Counted from the first letter of the stretch, positions 29,623-39,554 are shown. The stretch is DNA of 64,000 nucleotides from Candidatus Omnitrophota bacterium (GCA_029564765.1 JAKQPK010000019.1:27919-91918), one strand, 5' to 3'. Translations and numbers: made by a program. The notes: generated by a model from the letters alone, not told the origin.

Positions 29623-31845
29623 TCACGGTGCTGTCTCCTTGTTTCGGTGGACTAAAAGAAATATAAGATAGCATAGGAAACCCACATGCATACTAAGAAT
29701 GAAAAAATAGAAAGCTTGCCCTCCAAAAGGCTTGTAATCGAAAATCACCACATTTTCACCAGCAGGCAGAAAGATCCCTTTAAAAGCTAAATTAGCCCTA
29801 TAAAGAGCGACTGCCTTGCCGTTAACGCTTGCCCTCCATCCAGGCTGAAAACTATCTGTATAGACCAAAAACTTATGTTGAAGAAAATGTGTCCGTATTT
29901 TGATCGTATTAACACTAAAAGAAAGTATGTCAAATTGCTCTGAAGGCCCTGTGATGGCAGCTGTGAGGTCCCTCTTTAATGATGTGTCCGAGCTCAAGGA
30001 TAGTTTTCGTAAGCCTTCTTCGCTATTATTGCTTTCTGCGGAAATAAAAGCAAGATTGGTCAGGCTGGGAAATTTGCTTGCCTGTTGAAAATAAAATGAA
30101 TCATCGCTCACAAAACGAATATGATCATAAAGATGAAACTTATATTTTGTATATTGACTTACGGTATGCAAAGGAAAATGCTTCTTAAGATCATAAGACC
30201 ATTTCGGAGGGTATCCTGCCGCTGTCAGAGGAAATCCGGACGCGTCTTTCATTTGGATATATGCGCGATGCGCATCATAAACATCAAAATCCTCCACAAG
30301 CTCAGGACGAGTAAATGAAAACATGGGACTTGTCGACGGATAAGAACAATTTTGAATGATCCTATCCTTGTTAACATCCATATGCTCTAAAGCCTCATGG
30401 AGCTTCCAAAAGACCTCTACAGGCTGGACAACAACACCTGCGATCAGCAGCAAGAACCATATCGGCTTGTAGGAAAGTTTTCCAAGGACAACAAGGCTAA
30501 AAAATAAAGCGCTCAGCAATATCGCGACATGCGTTGTTGCGATCATTGGCTGTCTTCTTAAAAGAAGCCAAATGCCAAGATGAACAAAAAATACCACAGC
30601 TAAACCCCTATAGCGTGGCATGTCCATCTTTTGTTTTAAAATAAATTTCAGTTGCATTGCCATGAAGAGGATCAGCAGCGGACCTATGATCCCATAAAAC
30701 GATCCTACGCCATGGATCATCTTAAAGAATGGAAAATAATAAAAGAAAGATTTGCACAGCGGAGTCTGATCCCCTAAGGCAACAAAAAACAGTACCGTGG
30801 TCAGCAAGAACAAGATAAAGGATTTACGTGTGATACATACCCAAGAGCCGAGAGCCAAAACACAAAAAACAAAGATGGAAAGATAGCGAGGGCCAAAACA
30901 GACCGAGAGATCATCAAGACGAAAGAACATCTGACGAAAAGTTGTTTGGGCCGTCACGCATAAGGCCGCGATCTTTTCATATGCAACATTAATACCGCCC
31001 TGGTAAACATCGTCCCCGGCTATCTTGCGGTCCAAAGCCAGAACATCCCCCGCGCGCATGATGCTATAACCTTTCAGAGAAACTGCCGCGGCTAACCCCA
31101 AAGCTAAACAACAAACGATAACCAAGCGCCAACGATGCTTAAGGAAAAGCCTGATCGCCCGCGCGTTACTAGCCAATTTTTCACGATAAAATACGCAATA
31201 AAGAAAACACACCAGAAAGAAGACAGTCCACCAATAAAAAGGCAAATAGCATCCTACAATGATCATCATCGTAAAAACAAGGCCGACAAAAAAACGCTTT
31301 TCAAAGGATTGCCAGAACCGGACAAGAAAATAAAAGAACCACGCCATGGGCACGCCGATAAAAACGCTGTTGGGACTATTAAAAATGATCATGCTGGTAA
31401 AAGAAAAAAGAGAAACCAGAAATGCTATGTAAGCGACCAGGTTGTCTTTGAGAATAGCTTTAGCAAGGTAATAGAACCCGATCTGGCCAATAAAAAAATA
31501 CCCTAAATAAGTCCACAAAAATGCGAAATAAAAACTAATTCCTATCTTCTGAAAAATAAGGATCAGAAGCCACATCGGGTTAAATGGCCCGAAATATTGG
31601 AATTCTGCAAGCGTTGGAAATCCCCAGAACAAAAAAGGGGTCCAAAGCGCGAAAACACCCTGTGCCAAATTATCTGTAAAAAATTTAACCGTCGCATAAA
31701 AACTACAAGTATCGCCAACGATGGTGATCCTGCCAAGAACGATCGGATAAAAAAGGATGAGCCAAAGGCCAAAAGGAAGAATAAATTTAAGAAAAGAGAC
31801 TCTTAAAAAAAAGAAATGAATGATATGGCGGAGAAAAGAAGACAT
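29623..31845 (-). CDS. large polytopic membrane protein, GT-C fold glycosyltransferase-like (YfhO/ArnT/PMT-like)
   Basis: 740 aa with ~13 N-terminal TM helices followed by a ~250-aa soluble C-terminal domain. This architecture is typical of GT-C (lipid-linked sugar donor) glycosyltransferases. Confidence 0.55.
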   Translation of the reverse strand: MSSFLRHIIHFFFLRVSFLKFILPFGLWLILFYPIVLGRITIVGDTCSFYATVKFFTDNLAQGVFALWTPFLFWGFPTLAEFQYFGPFNPMWLLILIFQKIGISFYFAFLWTYLGYFFIGQIGFYYLAKAILKDNLVAYIAFLVSLFSFTSMIIFNSPNSVFIGVPMAWFFYFLVRFWQSFEKRFFVGLVFTMMIIVGCYLPFYWWTVFFLVCFLYCVFYREKLASNARAIRLFLKHRWRLVIVCCLALGLAAAVSLKGYSIMRAGDVLALDRKIAGDDVYQGGINVAYEKIAALCVTAQTTFRQMFFRLDDLSVCFGPRYLSIFVFCVLALGSWVCITRKSFILFLLTTVLFFVALGDQTPLCKSFFYYFPFFKMIHGVGSFYGIIGPLLILFMAMQLKFILKQKMDMPRYRGLAVVFFVHLGIWLLLRRQPMIATTHVAILLSALFFSLVVLGKLSYKPIWFLLLIAGVVVQPVEVFWKLHEALEHMDVNKDRIIQNCSYPSTSPMFSFTRPELVEDFDVYDAHRAYIQMKDASGFPLTAAGYPPKWSYDLKKHFPLHTVSQYTKYKFHLYDHIRFVSDDSFYFQQASKFPSLTNLAFISAESNNSEEGLRKLSLSSDTSLKRDLTAAITGPSEQFDILSFSVNTIKIRTHFLQHKFLVYTDSFQPGWRASVNGKAVALYRANLAFKGIFLPAGENVVIFDYKPFGGQAFYFFILSMHVGFLCYLIFLLVHRNKETAP

Positions 31846-31873
31846 GCTTGACGCCTCTGAGATTTCTGTGTTG

Positions 31874-32797
31874 CTATTTTTGCTCTACAAAATCCATCGT
31901 GGCAGCCGCGATCTTATTGGCAGAAAGCCCGTAACAATCTTTTAGGGATTCATAATCCGCGTAGGCAACACAAAACTGATCGTTGATCCCTAACCGTTTT
32001 AAGATCGCCTCATCGTGGCTTTGTGCCAACACTTCCGCGACGGCGCTTCCCAGCCCTCCAATAACACTATGATTCTCGATGGTAATAATTTTCTTTGTTT
32101 CACGCGCAGCTTTTAAGATCTGCTTATCGTCAAGGGGCTTAATCGTGTGGAAATTAAGCAAGCGAACAGAGAGGCCTTCCGCGCTTAATTTTTTTACCGC
32201 CATCAAAGCATCCCAAACCAGATCGCCTGTAGCCATAAGTGTCACATCATAGCCTTCCTGCAAGACAACTGCCTTACCGAGCTCGAAAGAATGATCGCCC
32301 TCATAAACAACATGCTCTTTATTTGTTCCTAGCCTTAGATACACCGGCCCTTGAAGGTGGGCGGCAAGTTCCGTTGCCTTACGTGTTTCTTTGGCATCTG
32401 CTGGCGAAAGGATCGTGATATTTGGTAAGACGCGCATAAGCGCTAAGTCTTCGATCGCATGGTGCGTTGGGCCTAGCGTAGAATATTTAAGGCCTGCGCC
32501 AATGCCGACGATCTTGACATTCATCTGCTGCAAGCAAATATCGTTGCGGATCTGTTCATAAGCCCGCATGACAAGAAATGGGATGATCGTATAAATAAAT
32601 GGAATGGCCCCGCACGAAGCCATTCCGGCCGCGACACTTGTCATCGTAGCTTCCGCAATGCCAAAATTCACAAAATTACGCGCAAAATCTCGACGATAAT
32701 CGTCAAAAACAATAGCGCCATTATCCCCTACCATGGAATAGATTTTGGGGTTTTCTTTTGTGAGCTTTGTAATAGTTTCAATATAGGCGGTTCTCAT
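31874..32797 (-). CDS. transketolase, C-terminal subunit (pyrimidine-binding + C-terminal domains)
   Basis: Matches the transketolase Pyr and C-terminal domains. 4-nt overlap with the N-terminal subunit gene. Confidence 0.85.
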   Translation of the reverse strand: MRTAYIETITKLTKENPKIYSMVGDNGAIVFDDYRRDFARNFVNFGIAEATMTSVAAGMASCGAIPFIYTIIPFLVMRAYEQIRNDICLQQMNVKIVGIGAGLKYSTLGPTHHAIEDLALMRVLPNITILSPADAKETRKATELAAHLQGPVYLRLGTNKEHVVYEGDHSFELGKAVVLQEGYDVTLMATGDLVWDALMAVKKLSAEGLSVRLLNFHTIKPLDDKQILKAARETKKIITIENHSVIGGLGSAVAEVLAQSHDEAILKRLGINDQFCVAYADYESLKDCYGLSANKIAAATMDFVEQK

Positions 32798-33627
32798 AAA
32801 CTTTTGAGGTCTTCTTCGGATAATTGCAGGTCTTTTAGCGCGATCTTCAGCTCTTCGGTATTCGGCATGCGATAATGCCAGATCGGCGCATTTTCCATAA
32901 AAGAAATCCCCTTGCCTTTTACAGTATGCGCGATGACCATGCTGGGCTTGCCTTTTTTAAATGGAACTTTCTTAAGCGCGCAAGAAATATCTTCTGTATC
33001 ATGTCCGTTCACCTCGACAACCTCCCAGCCAAATGCTTTCCATTTGTCCGCCAAAGGTGACAGGCTGCCGACATTATCTAGAAAATCAATGGCCTGCAAT
33101 TTATTATAATCAGTAATCGCGACCAAATTATCTAACTTATGTTGAGCCGCGAAAATAGCTGCCTCCCAAACACTTCCCTCTTGGCACTCCCCATCCCCTA
33201 AAAGGCAATAGACCTTATAATCTTTTTGATCTTGCTTACCGGCAAAAGCAATGCCCGCGCCATAAGGAAACCCATGCCCTAAAGACCCTGTCGAAGCATC
33301 AACGCCAGGCACCTTGACCATGTCCGGATGCCCGCCGAGGGGGCTTCCTAAATGACACGCAGAGGCCAACAGTTTGCGGTCAAAAAAACCTTTCATAGCT
33401 AACACAGAAAAAAGCGCAACGCCTGCGTGGCCCTTGCTGAGGATGAACCTGTCGCGGTCTTGCGCATGAGGATCTTGCGGATCAACACGAAGAAATCGAA
33501 AATAAAGGACAACAAGGATCTCCGCGATAGAAAGGCTTGAGGGTATATGCCCTCCTCCTGCCCAATAAATGGTCTTGAAAATAAGTTGGCGCAATTCCTG
33601 CGCACGTTGAGCTAGCTCGTTGGTCAT
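32794..33627 (-). CDS. transketolase, N-terminal subunit (ThDP-binding)
   Basis: ThDP-binding motif GDGECQEGSVWEA and a GH motif. Split two-gene arrangement. Confidence 0.85.
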   Translation of the reverse strand: MTNELAQRAQELRQLIFKTIYWAGGGHIPSSLSIAEILVVLYFRFLRVDPQDPHAQDRDRFILSKGHAGVALFSVLAMKGFFDRKLLASACHLGSPLGGHPDMVKVPGVDASTGSLGHGFPYGAGIAFAGKQDQKDYKVYCLLGDGECQEGSVWEAAIFAAQHKLDNLVAITDYNKLQAIDFLDNVGSLSPLADKWKAFGWEVVEVNGHDTEDISCALKKVPFKKGKPSMVIAHTVKGKGISFMENAPIWHYRMPNTEELKIALKDLQLSEEDLKSL

Positions 33628-33631
33628 TTCT

Positions 33632-35200
33632 TTATGAATTTTTCGCGATCATAAAACCAACGCCGCCGAACAGCGAGCGTTTTGTCCAATCCCACACAAG
33701 ATACAACGGCATCAAATACCGTAAAACCGGAAAAATCCTTTCATACGGGGGCTTGCCGTACAACAAGAAACCTTGCGCGACAAGTTTATTGTTTTCCTCT
33801 AAAGAATTCTTCAAAAGATGCTTCACGCGAGCAGTAAATAAAGGGCGCACAAGCTCTTGCAAAAGCGATGTTTTGATCAACTGAATTTCTTTAAAGTCAG
33901 AAAATAAATCTACAAGCTCTTGGGTCGAATAGCGACGGTAATGTCCCATCGCGCGGTCCCAATCATTATACAATGCCTTACCTAAAACTGTTGTGCAAAT
34001 TATTATCCCATCTTTCTTTAAAAGTGCACGCATATTACGCAGCAATATTTTATCATCTGGCACATGCTCAAGAAGGCCGTTGCAAACGATCATGTCCCAC
34101 TTGCGATCGACAATCGCTACCTGCTTTTCATCTAAAATATCCAAAGATAGAACCTCTATCTTGCGGTTATCTGCAAAATATTCCTTGGAAAAATCAAGAG
34201 CCGCTGGCAAGTTATCCAGCAGCGTTCCTTTTGGATAATCATCTTCTTTTAAATATTTAAAAATAGATTCCAGGCCAGGACCGACCTCAAGGACGCCTTG
34301 AGGTTGATACTTTCGCACTAAGGTTATTTCGACAAGATATTCAATATACCGATATAAACTGCAGGGTTTCTTAGGAACCAGAAAATCGCGCCCCAAGATC
34401 ATAATATCTTTTAATGAAACAAAAGGTGATCGGCAAGAATTCATAATGTTCATGCTGCTATTAGCGATGCGTTTAACTGGAAAATGGTCATACTGCCTGC
34501 GGTTCTTGATCTCAACATCCCAAAAAAGACGCATCAAGGTCGCGCACACTTTAATGATGTTCTTGATTTTAAACGCCTTTGTCTTTCGTTCCCCTGGACT
34601 TTTGATACAGATCGGTACCTCGATGAAACTGTGCCCCAAACGGATCAATCTTACAAGCAGAGTCGACATAAAAGCAAAATCCTTGCATGTCAGATCAACG
34701 CCTTTCAAGAGTTCTCGTCGATGGATGGCGGGTCCCGTGTAATAACGCAAACCGCAACGAAAGGCCATGTTCAAAACAAAAACGTAGAGCTTAGAAATGA
34801 TCTGGCGCGAAAACGGGCGCACGTTGACATTGGTCGTAAAAGGAACAACGATATCTGCTTTTCCGACGTAGCGGAATATTTCCGTGATACTCTTTTCTTC
34901 GTGCTCGTTATCTCCGGGGAGGATACACACGTAACCCATGCGCGCCATAGGAACGCCACAGCTAAACGCATATCCAAAGCCTTGATTCCTTTCGTTGTGG
35001 ACGGCAATGATCTTTGGATTCTCTTGGGATAACTGATCGATCAACTGTGGCGTGGCATCCGTACTCTTATCATCAAAAATAATGATCTCATAATCATCGA
35101 ACTGATTGCTCTGAATAGCCGACAAAGCAACTTGAACTGTGCCTGCGATATTCTTTTCTTCATTATAGGCCGCGATGATAACAGAAATCGTTTTAGACAT
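33632..35200 (-). CDS. bifunctional GT2 glycosyltransferase / class I SAM-dependent methyltransferase fusion
   Basis: N-terminal GT-A (ISVIIAAYNEEKNI...DDKSTD) domain of ~260 aa. C-terminal methyltransferase motif I VLEVGPGLES and post-I acidic LDxxD. Confidence 0.7.
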   Translation of the reverse strand: MSKTISVIIAAYNEEKNIAGTVQVALSAIQSNQFDDYEIIIFDDKSTDATPQLIDQLSQENPKIIAVHNERNQGFGYAFSCGVPMARMGYVCILPGDNEHEEKSITEIFRYVGKADIVVPFTTNVNVRPFSRQIISKLYVFVLNMAFRCGLRYYTGPAIHRRELLKGVDLTCKDFAFMSTLLVRLIRLGHSFIEVPICIKSPGERKTKAFKIKNIIKVCATLMRLFWDVEIKNRRQYDHFPVKRIANSSMNIMNSCRSPFVSLKDIMILGRDFLVPKKPCSLYRYIEYLVEITLVRKYQPQGVLEVGPGLESIFKYLKEDDYPKGTLLDNLPAALDFSKEYFADNRKIEVLSLDILDEKQVAIVDRKWDMIVCNGLLEHVPDDKILLRNMRALLKKDGIIICTTVLGKALYNDWDRAMGHYRRYSTQELVDLFSDFKEIQLIKTSLLQELVRPLFTARVKHLLKNSLEENNKLVAQGFLLYGKPPYERIFPVLRYLMPLYLVWDWTKRSLFGGVGFMIAKNS

Positions 35201-35202
35201 AT

Positions 35203-36627
35203 TTACCCTAACAATCGTCGAAAATTCTTAAGGCTGAACCAGATCATTTTTAAAAAGTCCTTACGCTCAGCCCGCACATAGACCAGAAAATACATAAAAC
35301 CGAACCATAGTTTAAATAAAATATTAGGCTTCATGTGGATCAACTTCTTAATAAACGGAAAAGTCCAGGGCAACAAAACAGCCGTCTGAAAAAATTTCTG
35401 CAAATTTTCCAGTTCGCGGATATGCGGATGCCGTGTCAGATTGGATGCGGCAAAAAAAGAACTCGCAAGACAATCAATGTTGTAATCTGCCGGCAAAAGC
35501 CCGCTTTCGATCGCCTGCTGTGTAAGTTTTGTTCCAGGAAACGGCATGAACACCGCACACCATGGAAAATCTGTTTTAATATCAATGTTAAACTGTACCG
35601 TTGTCAATGCCTGAGAAAGGGTCTCTCCCGGCAGACCTAAGATATTGAACGTCCGAAACGGAATACCCGCTTTATGCAGGGACTCAGCAGCCAAAAGGAT
35701 ATGATTGTTACTCACATTCTTTTTTAAGACTTCATTCCTTAAAGATTCGTCACCGGATTCAATGCCGAAAGAGACCATCTTGCATCCGCTTTGCGCGAGA
35801 AGCGCGGCATACTCTGCGTTCTTGGCTAAAACATCCGCGCGCACTAAACAAAAAAATGGCAATCCCACCTTGCTGCTGTATTCGCTTAAGAATTCTTTCT
35901 GCCAAGACATATTAAGGCCAAAGACATCGTCGGAAAAGAAAATGATCTTTGTTCTGTATTTATCACGTAGCTCTTGGCATTCTTCGATAACGCTTGCGAC
36001 ATTCCGGAATCGCACATATTTTCCTTTGTCGCGATAGATCTCGCGCATTGCCTCATTAAAACAAAATGTACATTGATAAGGACAACCGCGAGACGTGATC
36101 ACATGCCGCACGCTAAAATCGATCTTTTTTTCTAGTATCTGATACAGTTCTCTATCCGGCGCTGGGTATCGATCAAGATCTTCTGATAGAGCGCGGACAT
36201 CGTTACGGTAGATCTGCCCATTTTCTTTGACCCAAAGATTTCTGATCGAGCAAGGATCTGTCTTTTTATCAAAACAGTTCAATAGTTCCAGGATCGCGTC
36301 TTCGCCTTCACCTCGAATGACAATATCGACGCCATCTTTTTCAATGAGATCGGGAAAATGTGTCGGATGAGGCCCTCCAAAGATACTTTTGATGCTATAT
36401 TCGGCCTTGATCGCCCGCGCCATTTCCAAAGCCCAAAGATGACTTCCACTCATGACGGAAAACGCGATAAAATCAGGCTGGAAATCTTTTATGGATGCTT
36501 GAAAATCCGTCAACGTTGCGCCTATGGATAAACGAACTTCATGTCCATTCTTTTTCAGATAGGACGAAATACACGCGGGCCCTAAAAACTCAAATTCCAG
36601 GTCTTGTAAGAAAAGAAGTCGTGCCAT
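35203..36627 (-). CDS. B12-binding radical SAM enzyme (class B rSAM, putative C-methyltransferase)
   Basis: N-terminal cobalamin-binding Rossmann-like domain and radical SAM cluster motif RGCPYQCTFC. Confidence 0.8.
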   Translation of the reverse strand: MARLLFLQDLEFEFLGPACISSYLKKNGHEVRLSIGATLTDFQASIKDFQPDFIAFSVMSGSHLWALEMARAIKAEYSIKSIFGGPHPTHFPDLIEKDGVDIVIRGEGEDAILELLNCFDKKTDPCSIRNLWVKENGQIYRNDVRALSEDLDRYPAPDRELYQILEKKIDFSVRHVITSRGCPYQCTFCFNEAMREIYRDKGKYVRFRNVASVIEECQELRDKYRTKIIFFSDDVFGLNMSWQKEFLSEYSSKVGLPFFCLVRADVLAKNAEYAALLAQSGCKMVSFGIESGDESLRNEVLKKNVSNNHILLAAESLHKAGIPFRTFNILGLPGETLSQALTTVQFNIDIKTDFPWCAVFMPFPGTKLTQQAIESGLLPADYNIDCLASSFFAASNLTRHPHIRELENLQKFFQTAVLLPWTFPFIKKLIHMKPNILFKLWFGFMYFLVYVRAERKDFLKMIWFSLKNFRRLLG

Positions 36628-36634
36628 AAGGGTA

Positions 36635-37702
36635 TTAAATAAAGTTGACGTGGGCCGAAGGATTCTTCAATTCCCACAAATATCGATTCACTTCATCCAT
36701 GCGGCAATTGACACGGCAACGGCAGGGATGAAGATTTTTTTTAGCCCAAAGGAGAGATCTTTTTCGTCGGCTCCCCTCCCAGATCTGCTGGAATGTTTTT
36801 TGATAAAGATTACCGTAATAAAATTTTGGGTTTCCTAAGAAAACGCTGCATCCCCACACATCGCCTCCGGCATCAACATAAGACCAAAACGGAAGACCCA
36901 GGCATCGTTCATAGGCAGGCCTGGATTCATCCCATTTTTGCATGGTGTTCAGTCGAAAGATGGTAGAAAAAGAAGATGAGTTCAATCCCTGCAGGTCTTT
37001 CTTAAGTTTTTCGTAAGGCTGATACTTGATCGCCTGATAACGCTTCGTAATACTCTGCGGATGCTGTGAATAAGGTTTGATAACAAGATAGTCCATGCCA
37101 ATTTTTCTTGCTTTTTTAGCAAGCAACAACACTTCTCTGGCGTTGTCCGGGAGCAAAACCATCTGCATGCCTAGCGTACAGGAAAATCCTTTATCTTTAC
37201 GCAAAGCTGCTGCATAACTCATATTCTGGATCACCATATCAAAGTCTTTTTCCGGGCATCGATGGATCTTGGCATACGTTTCTTTCGCGCCTGCGTTGAT
37301 GCTGACCTTGATCCACGTGCACGAGCGCAGAAGGTCAGATGCAACTTCTTTTTTTAACAGAACACCATTTGTTGTTAGCGCTGCATCGATACCACAGGCT
37401 CTTGTCTTCTGGACAATGCTCACAATATCCTTGTGCAACAAAGGCTCCCCTTCTCCTGCGTACATAATGCTTTTGAGGCCTAAGCGTCCGAACTCTGTTA
37501 AACGTTTTAAGAAAATACTTGTATCTAAATATCGTGGTTGATACTTCATAAAATCCAACCCGCAATAAACACATCGATGATTGCAAGCGCCTGACGGACT
37601 AGCTTCCATATAGAGAGGATAAATATTCTTTCCTTTTACCCAATCCGAAACTCTCTGCGGATGATATAAAAGCTTATGACTATCGATACGGTACTTATCC
37701 AT
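36635..37702 (-). CDS. radical SAM enzyme with Cys-rich C-terminal (SPASM/twitch-like) extension
   Basis: CNHRCVYC (CxxxCxxC) motif. C-terminal Cys cluster GGDVWGC...HPCRCRVNC. ATG at 37700-37702 chosen (the ORF track extends 60 codons upstream into the GT9 gene). Confidence 0.7.
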   Translation of the reverse strand: MDKYRIDSHKLLYHPQRVSDWVKGKNIYPLYMEASPSGACNHRCVYCGLDFMKYQPRYLDTSIFLKRLTEFGRLGLKSIMYAGEGEPLLHKDIVSIVQKTRACGIDAALTTNGVLLKKEVASDLLRSCTWIKVSINAGAKETYAKIHRCPEKDFDMVIQNMSYAAALRKDKGFSCTLGMQMVLLPDNAREVLLLAKKARKIGMDYLVIKPYSQHPQSITKRYQAIKYQPYEKLKKDLQGLNSSSFSTIFRLNTMQKWDESRPAYERCLGLPFWSYVDAGGDVWGCSVFLGNPKFYYGNLYQKTFQQIWEGSRRKRSLLWAKKNLHPCRCRVNCRMDEVNRYLWELKNPSAHVNFI

Positions 37703-38633
37703 AAAGCTCCTTGTACAGCCGACGGCAATATTGTTCAACAGTTTTAGGCAATATCTCTTCCATGCAGGGTTTTTTATATTGGCAAACCGGCAAGAAACAA
37801 GGTCTGCATGGACATGTCGAAGGTGACAAAATAATATGCGTTCCTGGAACCCCCGCCATACGCCTGTGGTTCGTTGGGCCAAAAAGTGTAACCGCAGGCT
37901 TGCCGAGAGCCTGAGCGATGATCTGGCCCAATGAATCAGATGTAGCGATCATCCGACAGCTGTCGATCCAGCGGATATACTGATGCAAATTCTTATGCCC
38001 TTGCTGCCAGCTGATCTTAAAATCTTTTTTAAGCCGACACTCAAGATCTTTCCAGTTTTTCATAGGCCAACCTTTTGTTGGCCACTTGGAGCCGACCGCA
38101 TAATTAAGTCCAATATCATATATTTCCTTACTGCGCTTCCTTGGCCTTAAAATAGGCCCTCGTCCTGTCCAGCTTCTTCCTACCGCCCTGCAAAGAATTT
38201 GAGCTGTGTTACCCGTCATCTTGTGATGATTTTCTTGACCGGCAAGCAAAAGGCGCGTAGGTGAACGATAAACCGCAATATCTTGCGATTGGTCGTTAAA
38301 ATAAAATCCGTATTTCTTTTTTGCCTTCACATCTTGAAGAAAGGCGCAGATCCCAATATCTTTTTCAAGGTTGATAAAGATATCATAATGTTTGCGCATG
38401 ATGGGACCGAGTGCCTTACTCCCAAAGACAACAAGGCGCTTGATACAGGGATTATTCTCAAGAAGCTCCTTGGCTGCGGCTGATACGACCCATGTCACTT
38501 CATCATCTTTATAAAGATGTAAAAGGGTCGTACAAAAGAGAACATCACCGAGGCTGACAACGGTCGAAACACCTCTATCGAGGAATTCTGAAAACCCTGT
38601 CTTAATAATAAGTATTTTCTTGTGTTTTTTCAT
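37695..38633 (-). CDS. glycosyltransferase family 9 (heptosyltransferase-like)
   Basis: ILIIKTGFSEFLDRGV...GDVLFCTTLL N-terminal GT9 signature, GT-B fold. C-terminal CPCRPC motif. ATGA overlap with the upstream rSAM stop. Confidence 0.75.
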   Translation of the reverse strand: MKKHKKILIIKTGFSEFLDRGVSTVVSLGDVLFCTTLLHLYKDDEVTWVVSAAAKELLENNPCIKRLVVFGSKALGPIMRKHYDIFINLEKDIGICAFLQDVKAKKKYGFYFNDQSQDIAVYRSPTRLLLAGQENHHKMTGNTAQILCRAVGRSWTGRGPILRPRKRSKEIYDIGLNYAVGSKWPTKGWPMKNWKDLECRLKKDFKISWQQGHKNLHQYIRWIDSCRMIATSDSLGQIIAQALGKPAVTLFGPTNHRRMAGVPGTHIILSPSTCPCRPCFLPVCQYKKPCMEEILPKTVEQYCRRLYKELYG

Positions 38634-39535
38634 AAAAAACGAATATCCACAGAACAATAACCATCTTCCTGAAGATGGTTTGTCTTGATCTTAATATCGC
38701 AGGGGCTACATAAACCATACGACGCGCAGTCGCGATAATCGTGCTCGATTCTCAAGTCTGGGTCAAGCAAATTGCCGATCGCCAGATCATCCCGCTTGGC
38801 ATAGAGGTCCGCGTGACAACGATAGATCGTTCCTTCTGGTGAGATTGGCAGAACAGTATTCTTGCACTGCACACTTTTGCCAACATTCTTTCCACAGCAG
38901 GCATCAGAATATCTATACTGACCATAAAGCTTCCCTTGCCATGAACCTAAAAAGGCTTTTGTGCGAAACTCCACGCCTTGGCTTTTAGCATACGCGCCGA
39001 TTTCTTGTGTGAGCTCAGGATAACCAGGATGTTCAATGTGAAAAAGTCCGATCGACAAGATCTTCTGCAGGTCTTTAATGCGATCGATCAAGTTTTTGTA
39101 GTCGTTCTGCCCATTATGAAAACTTACGCGGATCGTTGGATAAGGCGCTGGTCGCTTGTTCCACTCAAGAGTTCTTAATTTCAAAAATCGTTCCGGGGTC
39201 ACATGAGCTGGTAAGGCCGTCAAGATATCGATCTTCTGGTGAACATTTTCTAGAATTTCCCATATTCCTTGATGTAAAAAAGGCTCTCCGCCCTGCAAGG
39301 TAACAGGAACCCCGCTCGGGAGGTTGAGACGATCTAAAGCCTGGATCCACTGGGCAGCGCTTAACTCATCAGAAATTTTAAGGTTATGATTAATATAATT
39401 ATTTATATAATTTGTAATGCAATAAGGACAGGCAAGAAAACAACGACGGGTTAAATAAACGCCCACATAATCTGTTTCTGAAGGGACTTCGACCTTAGGT
39501 AAATCTTTGTGAGTGAATGGTTTAGATAATGCCAT
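38630..39535 (-). CDS. radical SAM enzyme with C-terminal auxiliary-cluster (twitch-like) Cys motifs
   Basis: CFLACPYC CxxxCxxC motif. C-terminal CC...C...C...CSPC cysteines. ~300 aa, comparable in size to BtrN/anSME-type carbohydrate-oxidising rSAMs. Confidence 0.7.
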   Translation of the reverse strand: MALSKPFTHKDLPKVEVPSETDYVGVYLTRRCFLACPYCITNYINNYINHNLKISDELSAAQWIQALDRLNLPSGVPVTLQGGEPFLHQGIWEILENVHQKIDILTALPAHVTPERFLKLRTLEWNKRPAPYPTIRVSFHNGQNDYKNLIDRIKDLQKILSIGLFHIEHPGYPELTQEIGAYAKSQGVEFRTKAFLGSWQGKLYGQYRYSDACCGKNVGKSVQCKNTVLPISPEGTIYRCHADLYAKRDDLAIGNLLDPDLRIEHDYRDCASYGLCSPCDIKIKTNHLQEDGYCSVDIRFL

Positions 39536-39554
39536 AAAAACCTTGAGTGTGATT

